A stretch of DNA of 64,000 bases from Octopus sinensis (GCF_006345805.1 NC_042998.1:45446001-45510000); one strand, 5' to 3'; counted from the stretch's first letter, positions 38,140-52,396 are shown. Notes: generated from the sequence alone by a model not told the origin. Numbers and translations are program-made.

Positions 38140-40830
38140 GCTGGCTGGGAATTATCTGTGTATCTTGTTTTGTCCTATCGTCCTTTTTACCACATGTGTT
38201 TTTTCTGTTCTACCTTTGTTTTATATATATATAGGAGCACTCTGTTGGTTATGACGATGAGGGTCCCAGCTGATACGATCAACGGAACAGCTTGCTCGTG
38301 AAATTAACATGCAAGTGGCTGAGCATTCCACAGACATGTGTACCCTTACTTAACGTAGTTCACAAGGAGGTTCAGCGTGATACAGAGTATGACAAGGCTG
38401 GCCCTTTTTGAAATACAGGTACTACTCACCTTTGCCAGCTGAGTGGATTGGAGCAACGTGAAATGAAGTGTTTTGCTCAAAAACACAACGCATCGCCCGG
38501 TCCAGGAATCGAAACCACACTCTTACGATCATGAGGCTGACACCCTAACCACTAAACCATGCACCTCCACACACACACACACACACACACATATTCATCC
38601 TCCTATATATATATATTGAAATATTTCCATCAAATGCTTCATATTTTGAAATGCTCTAAATGAGGAAGGTTTATGTAATGGATGCATTGCCTATTATATA
38701 TTACGCAAACCTGAAAGCTACATATTAAATGATTTCAGAAAATCACTATTTGGTTTGGCTTCATTATTACAACATATATAATTTTAGTAATGTTGATTAT
38801 AAAGAAAAAAAAAACAGCTGAGGGAATATACTTCCTGAAAGTGTTCGCCATTATCATTATTTTACATCCTATTTTCCATCCTGCTGGAGAGTAGGATGTA
38901 AAATGGTCAGGTTGTCTGGGTGTCAATTAGTTCTTATTCAAAGTTAACTGCCCTCCTGGATGGAGGTGGGAGTGGGGATCATGCCTCATTTGTACATTCT
39001 GTTTTGGGCTTGATTTCTATGGTTGGATGCTCTACCAATTTTCAAAAACTTTACAGAATGTAGTGGGGACATATAATAAGGTCACCAAGACTAGAGAGGT
39101 TCTCTTATTCCCCAAAAAGTTTGAAAGAGTCCTCTCTACTCTGTGTTGTCTATTTGTTCATTGGCACCAGCGGCAAGCTGGCAGAAACATCAGCATGCTG
39201 GGTGAAATGCTTAGCGATATTTCATCTGCCGCTACGTTCTAAGTTCAAATTCCGCTAAGGTCGACTTTGCCTTTCTTCCTTTTGGGGATGATTAAATAAG
39301 TACCAGTTACGCACTGGGGTTGATATAATCGACTTAATCCGTCTGTCCTTGTTTGTCCCCTCTGTGTGTAGTCCCTTGTGGGCAGTAAAGAAATAAGAAA
39401 TAAGGAGGTTATGTGTGACAAAATGAGTCATCTCTTTGCTGTGTTATCTCAGTTTTTCTTTTTTCTTTTACACAACTGAGTGAGGAGAAAATGGATTGAC
39501 AGAAGTAAGGAGCAAGGAGGTTATAAGAGAGAGAAAGAGAGAGTAAAGAGGAGAGGCAGAATGAACGGTGGTAGGTGAAAGATAATAAAGAGAGAGAAAG
39601 AAGAGACAGCTGCATGATGGTGAGATGATGGAAGTGATGGTAATGGGAGAAAGAGAATGAGGATTATGGATCATCATCATCATCATCATCATCATCGTCG
39701 TCGTTTAACATCTGTTTTCCATGCTAGCATGGGTTGGACGGGTTGACTGGGGTCTGAGAAGCCAGGAGGCTGCACCAGGCTCCAGTCTGATCTGGCAGTG
39801 TCTCTACAGCTGGATGCCCTTCCTAACACTAACCACTCCGTGAGTGTAGTGGGTGCTTTCTTACATGCCACCGGCACAGGTGCCAGGGGAGGCTGGCAAC
39901 GGCCACGATCGGTTGGTGCTTTTTACGTGCCACCAGCACAGAAGCCAGTCAAGGTGGCGCTGGCATCGGCCACGTACGGATGGTGCATTTTACATGCCAC
40001 CGGCACAGGTATCACAAGGATATCATTAATAAGTGATTGGGGGAATAGTAATGGGTGAGACAGAGAAAGTGATATTGGATTGAGTAGTGGATCAGGAAGT
40101 GAGACAACAACAATGATAAGTGCTAGAAAGAAGAAAGGGATTGAATATGGAGATTTTCACTGTTTCCATCTCTCATTACATAAGTGGCATGATGTGAGAG
40201 AGAATGCTATCATCAAGATTTGTGAGAAGGATCTGAATGATAAATTCACTATCTCCACCTCAATCGTCATTTTTGTGTCATTTTTTTATGCTTGCAGGAA
40301 TTACACAAATCTACTTCAGCACAGTATTTACCACTTGTGATTATTTGTCATCTTCTTAATAAAATTCAACTTTTTGAGATTCAGTAGTCACCAGGTCTTC
40401 CCATGATTTTTCTCAGTTTTTTTCTTCAGCAGGTATGGTCCACTTTCTAGTACTTGGCACTTCTTTACACAACTGACATTCTCCATGTATATTACATACC
40501 TGTACCAATGAAGTTTTCTCTCTTGTACACTGCATCTGATTCCACTTGCATACACTTTATCTTTTAGCTCGTTTAAGCTCTGCCATTCATGCACACTAAC
40601 ATTATGCATGTATAAAAAAAAACCCAAAAAAACTTGTCTTATTTCTTTCCAGCTTTCGTCAAATTTCTATATTCAAAGTCCATATCCCACTAACCAAGCA
40701 AAATATTACTTCATACATGAGCATCATACAATCTAACTTTCACTCTAGTTGCTCCCTGAACTTTTCCTACTCTATTCTTACTCTAGTAACTATGCTTTTC
40801 GAACACCCACCTTCACTGTTAATAAGATTA

Positions 40831-41343
40831 CTGTAAATCTTCGAGTATAGTCCGCCCTTAAGTATAATACGCAGGGGATTTTTAGGGGGCTGTATTTCTG
40901 AAAAACCTAAACTTTGTGTATAATATGCACCCCTTCTCTAACTTGAGTCATATGTAATTAAGCCAGCAGCACCTAGTCAAACAAATACTTCCGCGCATGT
41001 GTAATACAATAATGGTGATGTTCTTAACTGTTATATGGGAATGTAAATATGTTTGCAAATTGTTTTTGTTACATGTTATTCTATGTTCTGAATACTTTCA
41101 TTTTAATAAATGTTGCTTACTGCAAATTATAGATGATTCTTCATTGCTTTCAGGCTTAGCTTAAGGTATTTTCACAACCGACATCACAAAATGCGTCTGA
41201 ATAAACATTACCGGACAGCAAATAGAGACTAGGACATTGCTTGGAAAATATTTTTCATTTTTAACCTCATATATAGTACGCACTAGGGATTTTGACCTTT
41301 AACTTTTGGGAAAAAAATGCAGATTATACTCGAGGATTTACGG
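40831..41343. mobile_element. TA-flanked MITE (Tc1/pogo-like) interrupting an RTE remnant
   Basis: TA|CTGTAAATCTTCGAGTATA … TATACTCGAGGATTTACGG|TA terminal inverted repeats. Confidence 0.8.
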
Positions 41344-41860
41344 TACTTAGTTAACAAAAACAGGAGATTGTTTAGAGATCCTTTTCCAAGCATTTGGAGA
41401 AATCTACTCCATAAACACACTTACTACAAATCACTCCTGTACATCTGGCATGAAAAAATATATCTGCCATCTCCATCAACTTACCTGTGTTCCCGTTCGA
41501 GGATTTTGCTTCCATGTTTGGAATTTCCTCTCCAAAATCTTTAACAGATTCAGCTGAGAACTAACTTCTCAGCAAACAAGTTTTTTTTACAAACAACTGG
41601 TTTTAAAGTCCCTTGATATGGTCTGGAAGACCAATAAGAAATAGGAGGCAGCTAAAAACTGAATCTTGATGGATATCAACATGCATCATTAAATTCCTTG
41701 CCAACTCTCACCTTGCTGATGGCACCTCTGTACATGGCTTGCACAGCTTTCACAAGCCAATCGCCTACTTTAGTTTGCTTTGTGAGATGCTACTATGAGG
41801 TTTATTCTCGATCATAATGCAGGAACTGTAATTGGGAAGAGTTAACGCAAAACTGCTTAC

Positions 41861-41920
41861 CTGTGTCTGACGACTTGATACCATATCTTGGGCCAAAATA
41901 AGAGAGAAATCTGCATAAAC
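41861..41920 (-). CDS. TAPT1: TAPT1 homolog, coding exon
   Basis: 60 bp; tttttttag|GTT … CAG|gtaagc. Translates VYADFSLILAQDMVSSRQTQ, in phase with both neighbours. Confidence 0.9.
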
Positions 41921-42549
41921 CTAAAAAAACATTACACAAAGTTACATTAGAGAAAATTACAATTCTAATATATATACAAACACACAAGATATTTTTTGTT
42001 TCTTTTGTATAAAATAACAAATTGTGTAATCAAACTGAAAATGAGACAAGCTTATATTTTATTTGAAAGTAAACATCCAAATAATTTTTTCTTTCATAGG
42101 GTCATTACTTTTTTTAATGGAGAGAGAGAGAGAGAGAGAGTATAAGTGAAAATGAGTAATGGAAAAATAATTAATCCTAGTATTTACAGGATTATCCTTT
42201 GATTTTGAGAGGATAAATACCCTTTGAAAAGGGTATTTACCCTCTTCATTTCTGATCCTCTACATTTTAAAACATCTGCATCAGCAACATCATCATTTTA
42301 ATTTTTACTTTTCCATGCTTGTATCGATCAGTCAGATTTCACTGAGGAAAATTTTCTACAAATGGATGTCCTTCCTATTTCGAAGTAAGGCAATATTTCC
42401 CCATGGCCAGGCATGTTCTCATGGAAGACTTGAAATGAAGGGCACTGCTTGAATGGCAGTGACACTCATTTACAATTACCATGCAATGTCAGGACAAGGA
42501 AACTGCCCTACCCCTTCTCGAAAAAAAAGCATTCTCAACAGTCAGATAT

Positions 42550-43240
42550 TGTTCATTAAGTTCAGGGCATCATCAACAAGAATCCCAGCAAATCATTGTG
42601 GGCCATTGCCAATCATCTTCATGAGTTGCAGTCAATGATTAGACATGTAGTCCTCTAAGACATCTGTTACAAATCCTGATGAACTGACCAATAACCAGGC
42701 TCAACAATGTGTGAATGTTTGCAAACAACTGCTGGCAAATCCTTGAGATGCTTGTTTTTGGTGTTGAATTGTAAATATGGATGAAAAATGGATCTATTTT
42801 CATAATCCTAATAAGAAAAAACTGGGGCTTTGTTCCAACCAGGGCTCAGACCTGTTGTTATACGAGAGTGGTTTGAACAGAAGGTCACGCTGCATGTTTT
42901 TTTAAAATTTTAAGTGGGAGTTGCACTTTGAGCTTGTCCCAAATGGTCATGCTGTGAACACTAACCTTCGTGCTCAACAACTGCAGTGATTACATGATGC
43001 TTTGAAAGTAGGCTACCTGGCATTGGTCAATCAAAGACCTGCATTCCTACAGCATTACAATGCCCCAGCACACATAGCCAATGTGACTAAGCCCAAACCT
43101 GAGGAACCAGAGGGGATTGAAGTGCTGCCTTACTGCCTACAGTCCAGACCTTGCACCATCAGGTTACCATTTTTTCTGAGCCATGGTTCATTTCCTGAAA
43201 GGACAGAGGTTCAACAATGTGGAGGAAGTTGAAAATGAAT
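42550..43240 (+). pseudogene. Decayed mariner transposase fragment
   Basis: Frameshifted remnants: QQCVNVCKQLL, IVNMDEKWIYF, FLQHYNAPAH, YSPDLAPS.Y (mariner catalytic motifs). Confidence 0.75.
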
Positions 43241-43987
43241 ACTGAAAGTAAGATAAGGGGATCTGTTACATTGTGTATACTTTATCCTCTTACAAAACAG
43301 AAATCCAATCAGAATAATTTATCATTGTTGAGCCTTGGGTAAATCCTAACTGATCCAAGACATTTAAGCAACAACCATCCTGTCTTTTCCTCAAGAAACA
43401 GTTCACTCAGGTCCATGTTATCTAAGGTATCCTTAACATTACTGTAGAATATAATTTGAAGAGACTTGGCTGCTATTTCTAGCAAGGTGAGCAACCAAAT
43501 AGGTACAAAATTTTTCATTATTGCTGAAATAAGTTACAAAATTTCAGTGAATACAGAGTGCCTTCTTTGTTATAGATTGTGAATCCAGATTCTATCTTAC
43601 CTACGTCACCAAGTCCTACTTTTTATAAGGTTTCGTACTTATTTCAGAAGAAAGATAAAAGAAATGGTACATATGTTACTTTATATTAATCATTTTGAAG
43701 AAGAAGAGTGACTATGTACTAAACTTTTTCAAAGTTCTCCTTGTCAGACTTGCTGTTTTACTGTATTTCATTTAATGTTTTATGCTTTCACAATCATCCA
43801 ATATAGGAGTGTATTTATCTTTCACACCTCCATGGTTGGTACAATAAATTATAGTTTATTTCTGATTGATTTAAGCAGGTCATTTGAGAGATCAGCTACC
43901 GGCCTAGTTATAAGGTTACTGACAACTAACAAATACTGACTGCATTACGTTGCTTAGTGAAAATATCTCTGAATGGCCCAATCTAAA

Positions 43988-45075
43988 TCATCATCATCAT
44001 CATCATCATCGTTTAACGTCTGTTTTCCATGATAGCATGGGTTGGACGGTTCAACCAGGGTCTAGGAAGCCAGGAGGCTGCACCAGGCTCCAGTCTGATC
44101 TGGCAGTGTTTCTACTGCTGGATGCCCTTCCTAATGCCAACCACTCCGTGAGTGTAGTGGGTGCTTTTTATGTGCCACCTGCACAGGGGCCAGATGAGGC
44201 TGGCAAACGGCCACGATCGGTTGGTGCTTTTACGTGTCACCGACACGGATGCCAGTCAGGCGGCACTGGCAACTGCCACATTCGGATGGTGCTTTTAATG
44301 TGTCAACGGCACGGGTATCTTAACTACAATTTCCATTTGATTTTCATTTTGATGTTGGTGTTAACGTACTTGACTCAATAGGTCTCCTCAAGAACAGTGG
44401 GTCACTCTACGATCCAAGGTTAGCACAGCAGGTCATCCTGCAAGCCATGGACTCACTTCATTCGTCAGGTCTTCGAAGTCACAGCATATCTCCAGAGGTC
44501 TTGGTCTTTCGTCATAGCCTCTGTGAGGCTCAATGTATGAAGGTCATGCTTGACCACCTTGTCCATGTCTTCCTGGTCATGTACTACCTCTATCCTGGAT
44601 TCCTTCAACAGTTTGGGAGTGGTACTTCTTCACACATCTCTCATCCATCCGTAGTACATGACCATACCAATGTAAAAGTCTCTCTTGCACGTTGCATCTG
44701 ATGCTTCTTATGCCCAACATTTCTCTTAGGGCGCTTACACTCTGTCGTGCATGGACACTGACATTACACATCCAGCGGATCATGCTAGCTTCATTTCTTT
44801 TGAGCCTACGCATATCCTCCGCAGTCACGGCCCATGTTTCACTGCTGTGAAGCATGGCAATTTGCACACATGCATCGTACAATCTACCTTTCACTCTGAG
44901 CGAGAGACCCTTTGTCGCCAGTAGGGGAAGAAGCTTCCTAAACTTTGCCCAGGCTATTCTTATTCTAGTGGTAACACTCTCTGAGCACCCACCCTCCGCT
45001 ACTAACTTGGTCACCTAGGTACCGGAAACTATCAACTACTTCTAGTTTCTCCCCCAGGAGTGTAATGGAATCTGT
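43988..45075 (-). mobile_element. 5'-truncated RTE-clade LINE fragment with (GAT)n tail
   Basis: ORF 44577-45014 RIRIAWAKFRKLLPLL…RVKGRLYDACV..AMLH.SETW…RNEASM.RWMCNV is the RTE RT C-terminal region. The 3' end has AGGAAGGGCATCCAGC and a (TGA)n tail. Confidence 0.88.
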
Positions 45076-46948
45076 TTTCTGAGTATCAATGGTGTAAATA
45101 TTAATAATAAATCATAGTGGAAATGGCTTGTAAGTATAAACAGTAGCAGCATTGTAAAACTGATGAGTTAGCTTACAGTGCTGAGTCCAGGCTTTGCTGT
45201 AGACATGAGCCAATCCTAAAAAATTACTGACAGTATATCATCATTATCAACTCCAAACATCACTGTCCTAAGTCCTAGGTCTCACAGGGCTGTTTACTAA
45301 GTTTCCATGGCATATAAGTGACTGAAATCATAACATTCTCTTTGAATGGGAAGTCAGTCTGTAGTAGAGTTACTCACTTACAGCTGAGTGGACTGGAGCA
45401 ACAGAAAACAAGGTGCTTTACTCAAAAACACAATCGCCATCTGAGCTGGGAATTGAAACCATGATCTTGTGATTATGAGTGTAACACCCAGACCACTAGG
45501 CCACAAGCCGTCACCTAACAGTATATCCCTACCCTTAATTCTGTTAGTAAAACCCCAGGAAGGCTTATAAATGATCAAACCAGGCAAATCTAAATCTTTT
45601 TAGATTACCTCAGTACTTTATAACCAACTTATGAACATACTTTATTCATAAGGAATGGCCAATTTTGTATCAATCAATCCAGGTTCTTTAAATTCAGTGG
45701 GTTTTTTTTCTCAAACCACTTTTACTTTTCAAATTCATATTGAAATTCCATTGACAATGGCCCATTATTTTCTACTTGGTGATATAGTTTTCCAGTTTCA
45801 CTTTCACATTTCTGATACAATCCACCAAACATTTTACTTACAAGTTTGTAAAATTTTGTATCGAATCAAAAGATGGGTGAATTACTAATGCTTATAAACA
45901 TCACAAACAACAGTTTTATACAATAAAATTTATAAATTTAGCTTTGTTGCTATTATTCTTGTATAATGAGTCCCCAAAACTTATTGGAGCCCTATCGAAC
46001 AATTTCTATGTATGAAGCTTATCTTGGGCTAGTTAGTTTGGCAGAACTCATCATTCTCCAAATTGTTTAGTCTCATACCAACCGTGATCAAGATACTGTA
46101 CTCATGACCATTTTGTCTTTCCTTTAAGCATAGTGTATCAAGGACTTTATTATCTATTGTCTTTTCTTTTCTCTTGTGTTAGCACATATCCATCTCTAAA
46201 TTATACCTACAAGAGAAGTTGGACTCAGTACTATAAGCCAACAAAACTCTCGTGAGTTTTACAGTGATATATCTGCTAAAACAACTTAGTGGAGTTGGCT
46301 GTTCAGTGAACTGCCCCGGATGGTAGAGATGCTGCATACTTATAACACGATATGATCCAGTGATTCTTCAGCAATTGCAAGTCAGCAATCTGCAATTCCC
46401 ATTCCGGAAAACCATCTACTATGCTAAGAATATTGTCATGTTCAGCCATATTTTAAAGTATGCACCCTTATACACAATTGTATCTTCAAGCACATCATCA
46501 TCATCATCATCATCAACATTTAACATTCATTTTCCATGCTGGCATGGGTTGGATGGCTTAACAGGAACTGGCAAGGCCAGGGACAGCACCAAGTTCCATA
46601 GTCTGCTTTTACTTGGTTTCTATGGTGGGCTGCCCTTCATAACACCAACCACTTTACAGAGTGTCACCAATGCTTTTTTAAGTGGCACCAGCACCAGTTC
46701 TTTTTATTTGGCATCAGCACCCACATCAATGCTTTTTATGCGGCACTTTATGTCTCAGTTAATTGATTCTGAGTCTCTCACAAATCAAGCTGTTTAATAA
46801 TAACATTTCAAGTGATTAAAGAAATAAATTATCGAAAGTCACAACACTTAGTAAAGATAGAACTATACGTTCATAAAAATGATCTCTGATCAAGAACCAG
46901 TTTAAAAGAATCTATCAGAATGATATAGTTTTATTTATAAACACTCAC

Positions 46949-47058
46949 CTCCTTAGATATTTCATTGAACTTACTGATGAAAGCATGCTTTAACCAGTCG
47001 ACTACTACCTCTGCCAAAAGAATCATGACTGCATCTGGCAGAATTACTGAAATATGTT
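46949..47058 (-). CDS. TAPT1: TAPT1 homolog, coding exon
   Basis: 110 bp; tgtttcag|AA … GAG|gtgagt. Translates (E)HISVILPDAVMILLAEVVVDWLKHAFISKFNEISKE, containing the conserved D..KHAFI.KFN motif. Confidence 0.95.
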
Positions 47059-47126
47059 CTGAAACAAAAGAAACATTTCCATTACTGAGACTAGTTTAAT
47101 GATTAATACAGATATTGAAGAGCAGT

Positions 47127-47576
47127 TTAACCCTTTTGTTACCAACCCAGCTAAAACTGGCTCTGGCTCTGAGTACAAATGTCTTGTTTCATGAGTTTTG
47201 AATTAAAATCTTCCACCAAACCTTAGTCACAATTTATGTTCCTAACACTAGCTGAATGATAACTAAGTTATTTTACTAAGTTCTTTGTTATATTTAACCC
47301 TTTGGCATTTAAACCGGCCATATCCGGCCAAAAGTATTCTGCCTGTTTTATGTTCAAACTGGCCAGATCTGGTCTCTTACACCAACCCTACAATATCATT
47401 TTAAAAATTAACAGCTACCTCATCAAAATCTCATAGCTACAAGACAATGCATGATGAGTTCAAAACAATGTGGATAAAGAGGCATTAATTTTGGCAGAAT
47501 AATGTGAACACTAAAGGGTTAAAGTAATTGAAAGAAACAGAGCATCGCAAAATAAATACAGTAACGAAAGGGTTAA
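47127..47576. mobile_element. Nested TTAA-flanked (piggyBac-like) MITEs
   Basis: Outer element TTAA|CCCTTTTGTTAC…GTAACGAAAGGG|TTAA (47131-47572); inner element TTAA|CCCTTTGG…CTAAAGGG|TTAA (47298-47518). Confidence 0.85.
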
Positions 47577-48974
47577 CCTTTTTGTTATCATATTTCTGTC
47601 AAAATGCTCTTTGTTTGCTTCAATTAATTTGGAAAATAATGAAAAATTTAGTACAATAACATTGTTGTTATTATGTTGGTATTTGGAACAAATTAACACA
47701 GAATTTTGATTAAAAGTTTTCATGTAGATCAATTTAAAACAGGAAGTTTGTATCAGAGAACCAGTTGCAGTTTAAGGCAATTTGATATCAAGTTAAATTT
47801 TTGTTAAATAACTACACAATCAATTTAATAGAGACTTTTTACACATGGGTTACTATTTTTCATCAAATATTACAACTAAACCCAACTTTATAATTGCTAA
47901 TTTCTTTATTAAAAATAGCTGTCATATAATTAACTTCCAGGTTTAATTATTTACTATATTGGTTGTGTATTTCATTATATATAGTTTTTACTGACTGTGT
48001 GTATGTATGTGTCTTCCCACCACAATTTGGCAACTAGTGTTGGTTTGTTTACATCCCTATGACTTAACAGTTCAGCAAAAGAGGCTGACAGAGTAAGTAC
48101 CAGACTTCAAAAATAAGTACTGGGGTCTATTTATTTGACTAAATCTTTGAAGTAAGTAAAAGAGTAACCAACAAAACAAATTATTAAATAGCAGCAGAAT
48201 TTTAATTACAAATGTCTTTCTGGATACAAAGTAAAATGAAAATAATGGCACCAGAGGGACAATGTATACCCTGCACGTAAATAGTTTTCTTTGCAAATTA
48301 TAGTGTGGTTTAACTAGAAACCTAAGAATAGTGAAATTAAGAAATCAACTCATAAATAAACGAAACCTTTGAATCCATCACCGTACACATATCTACATGC
48401 ATAGGTACACCATGATCTATATACATGCAGATGAGGGGTGATTATTATGAAAAAGGAAGTGAACAAAATGAAATACAGAAAGTATTGCATAGCAATGTCT
48501 TTCAATGATGGCAGGTGAATCAAACATACTGTAGTTTGTTGTAGGATATAAATAATATAGCCACTTGCTTGACGGGAAACTTGTAAGTTCAATTAAAAAA
48601 AATTTTTTAAGTATCACCATTAAAAGTATTTATACTCTGGTGAAATAAAGAAATCAACTCGTAAATAAATGAAACCCTTAAATCCATCACTGTACACACA
48701 CACACAGTTACACATCTGTATATGTATTTATGTATACTTGAAGATAATCAAACCAAATTTTCTTCATTTTGGGCCACTCTCCCAATGAGTATTTCTGTCA
48801 AATTTGGTGAAAATCCATTCAGCCATTTTCCAGTAATTTTGCAAACAAAGAGACAAAGACGAGTGATTACAATACCCTGTTTTCGCTTATGCGTACAGAG
48901 TAATTAATGCTTTCTCTCTTTTCTTTTTTATCTCATGATCTTTTAAAAATAATTTGAGAGAGATAAAAACTTAC

Positions 48975-49125
48975 CAGGATTCCAGGAAAATTCTGCCATA
49001 TTTCGAACAAACACTATAAACAGAAGGATAATGTACTGAAACCTTTCACGGGCATCACTGCAGGAGATTTGGAAAAGGTTTTTTTTGTCCACTCTTTTGA
49101 AGACATTTATTTTAATCTCAACAAA
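48975..49125 (-). CDS. TAPT1: TAPT1 homolog, coding exon
   Basis: 151 bp; ttttcag|TTT … CCTG|gtaagt. Translates FVEIKINVFKRVDKKNLFQISCSDARERFQYIILLFIVFVRNMAEFSWNP. Confidence 0.95.
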
Positions 49126-50617
49126 CTGAAAAAATGTATCAAAAGAAGAGAAGAGAAAGAAGTGTGTTATATTAGTTTGTTGAGTGGATCTATGACACAC
49201 ACACAAAAAAAAAAGAGAGGAAAAAATATACATAATTTTAATTTTTTAATGATTTGATCAAAGAAGGTGGGGCATCAACCAAAATTTTTGTGAGGGCTTC
49301 TGAGACTGGGAATAGAAGGAAGAAAGGAAGAAACCAGAAATCTTAGGTCGCTACTATGGAAAACGGTGCAGATGAGAGACTTTGAATGCTTGAAATAAAG
49401 GAGACATTACTAAAATCAGCAAAAGACTAGGTGCTGGCATTAAACAGGGTGGATGATGGATCAGGGCTACCTTCAAAGAACAGTCCACACAGTTTCCATC
49501 AACTTAATTTCATCCATAAAATTTGAATCACCATAAGGTTATGGTAGAAAGCACCTTTTTTGTTTTTCTTTTTCACATACCAGTGTCCTGAAGGGGCTGA
49601 GCCCATGGCCTTAGTGATACCATTAATGCTCCATTAACATTCCTACTGATCCCCGATTTCTGGCTTTTTAAAACTTATAATCAATGGGAAAAAAACAAAA
49701 AAACCCAAAAGTGCTTAATTAAAAAAAATTGAAGGGTTTTTATTTATTTATTTTTAATCTATGCGAAATAAAAGGATGAGATAAGCACAGCTGAAACATC
49801 TGATGGATCAGGGCTGACGTGGGAGTTAAAAGCATCGACGTGGGAGTTAAAAGCATCGATAATGAGGGGGACCAATAAGTGGTCATTTGACGTGCTAGAA
49901 AAAAAAAGCAAAATTTACCCCAAGTACCATAATGCAGGACACATTGGATCATGGGCAATCATAAACTAGCCTGTTATATATTTGTATTGCAAGTCAATAT
50001 TAGTGTGTAGTGAGATTGAACCCAGAAACACATAATGGCGAAGTGAGCTTTTTATATATCTCATCTAGGTTGTCCCATAGGATGCCCCCTTTTTATATAA
50101 TATGCACCTCAATAAAAGTTATAAAAGTTAATTTTAAATTGCTTTTTCAAAAACACAGCAAGCTGACAATTGCTGTGGGACTGAACCTGAAATCATGTGG
50201 TTGGCAAGTAATATATCAAATAACAACAAGAGTTCAAAGGACAATCACAACTGACCTCATTAAGTTTACATTCAAGGAAGAATGAAGAAAAACGGTAACA
50301 GAGAGTAAAAGATAAAAGACAAGAGAGCCAGGAAGAAATGCATGTGGGTTAGGTATCTCTCTCATCATCATCTTCATTTAACATCCACTCTCCATGCTGG
50401 CATGGGTTATATCGTGCTGAACCGTTAATCCCTACACATTTTCTTCTCCGTTTCTTTTCGTTCTCTCTCCTTTTTTTCCTCCTCTCAATCCTTTCTATTA
50501 AAGACTAGAGGCTCAAAATGTTAAAGAGTTCCATTCTTCCCAAGCGTCAAACTAATACACCTGCTTGTTGTCCTTCACCTGTCTTCGTCTTTTTTATCAG
50601 TAAATTTGACCTATATG

Positions 50618-50717
50618 NNNNNNNNNNNNNNNNNNNNNNNNNNNNNNNNNNNNNNNNNNNNNNNNNNNNNNNNNNNNNNNNNNNNNNNNNNNNNNNNNNN
50701 NNNNNNNNNNNNNNNNN
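50618..50717. other. Assembly gap (100 N) next to a ~200-bp (TA)n tract
   Basis: Run of n followed by (TA)n at 50718-50922. Confidence 1.
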
Positions 50718-50788
<71 letters not shown>

Positions 50789-50789
50789 A

Positions 50790-50820
<31 letters not shown>

Positions 50821-50830
50821 CATATATATA

Positions 50831-50916
<86 letters not shown>

Positions 50917-51375
50917 TATATAAAGTATAATTAAAATTCCCCAACCTTATATGTACTCAATTTGTTTTGTTTTAACATGCTTTTATTATTATACATTCAT
51001 TTTCAATACTTGTTTACAGTGAATGGTTTTATTTTTTTGTTATTAGCTTGTTGTTTTAATTGATTTTACAGCTGAATGACCTTCGAGCTGTAAAGTACTA
51101 TAAAGTACAAGGCTTGCCTATAAGTCAGTCAGGTAAACTAGAGCAAGAGCAAGTAGACTTATGTATCTTGCTCAGCAACAGTATTACACAATAATGATTG
51201 TAGTTGAATACCTTGATTATGGTCACATAAAGCAGAGATAGCGTTTTAACTTACAAAACATTTTTTTTTTTCTTGTTTCAACGTAAAGGAAAAGATAAGG
51301 TCATTGCACAATTGAGATATAACATTAAAAATAAGGTGGGTTGTAAGTGAAAAATATATATGTAGGTTAACTTAC

Positions 51376-51473
51376 ATTGTTAGACATCATAATGATAAGG
51401 AGAGATTTGTTATGAGAATTGAAAGCTACATTTAAAATTGTAGCCTGGACTAGAATCAGGATGCTGTGAAGAA
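51376..51473 (-). CDS. TAPT1: TAPT1 homolog, coding exon (3' of AT-AC intron)
   Basis: 98 bp; acceptor …tccttatctaactgtac|TT, donor AAT|gtaagt. Translates (I)LHSILILVQATILNVAFNSHNKSLLIIMMSNN, a highly conserved TAPT1 motif. Confidence 0.95.
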
Positions 51474-52246
51474 GTACAGTTAGATAAGGAAATATTTGAT
51501 AGTAAACAGAACATGTGTATTGTTGACTCAAGAACAACAGTTTAACCCTTTAGCGTTTAAACTGGCCATATCCAGCTCGAATATTCTGCTTGCTTATATT
51601 CAAACTGGCCACACCTGGCCTCTTGCATCTACTCTACAATGTTATTCCAAAAATATATTTCTTTATTGCCCACAAGAGGCTAAACATAGAGGGGACAAAC
51701 AAGGACAGACAAAGGGATTAAGTCAATTACATCGACCCCAGTGTGTAACTGGTACTTAATTTATCGACCCCAAAAGGATGAAAGGCAAAGTCGACCTTGG
51801 CGGAATTTGAACTCACAATGTAACGGTAGACGAAATGCCTATTTCTTTACTACCCACAAGGGGCAACACACAGAGGGGACAAACAAGGACAAACGGACTA
51901 AGTCGATTATATCGACCCCTGTGCGTAGCTGGTACTTATTTAATTGACCCCGAAAGGATGAAAGGCAAAGTTGACCTCGGCGGAATTTGAACTCACAACA
52001 TAACGGCAGACAAAATACGGCTACGCATTTCGCCTGGCATGCTAACGTTTCTGCCAGCTCGTCACAGTCATATTATCAAAATCTTGAAGGTATGAGATAA
52101 AGCATGATTTATTCAGAAAAATGTGAATGAGTAAGCATTACATTTGACAGAGTAATCTGAATGTTTGCGAGTTAGGAACTTTTAAAAGTTTTCAGTGATC
52201 TCAAATCTGATTTCTGAAATATGCTTTGCAACATGTATATTTCTAT

Positions 52247-52396
52247 ATATTCTGTTGTGTCTGGGGAGAGTCGTTTTCTTTTTGTGCCTTATAATGTAAC
52301 ACACTTATCAGTAAAATAAGTGGAAATTTTACTGGTGAGTGTGTTACATTATAAGGCACAAAAAGAAAATGACTCTCCCCAGACACAACAGAATAT
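52247..52396. repeat. Near-perfect 71-bp hairpin with 8-nt loop
   Basis: 52247-52317 is the reverse complement of 52326-52396 except at three positions. Confidence 0.95.

Noticed and set aside
50470-50530. Decayed minimal-hammerhead-like stretch (ttaaagactagaggctcaaaatgtt)
   Set aside because: Core nucleotides are not intact and the element is cut by the assembly gap.
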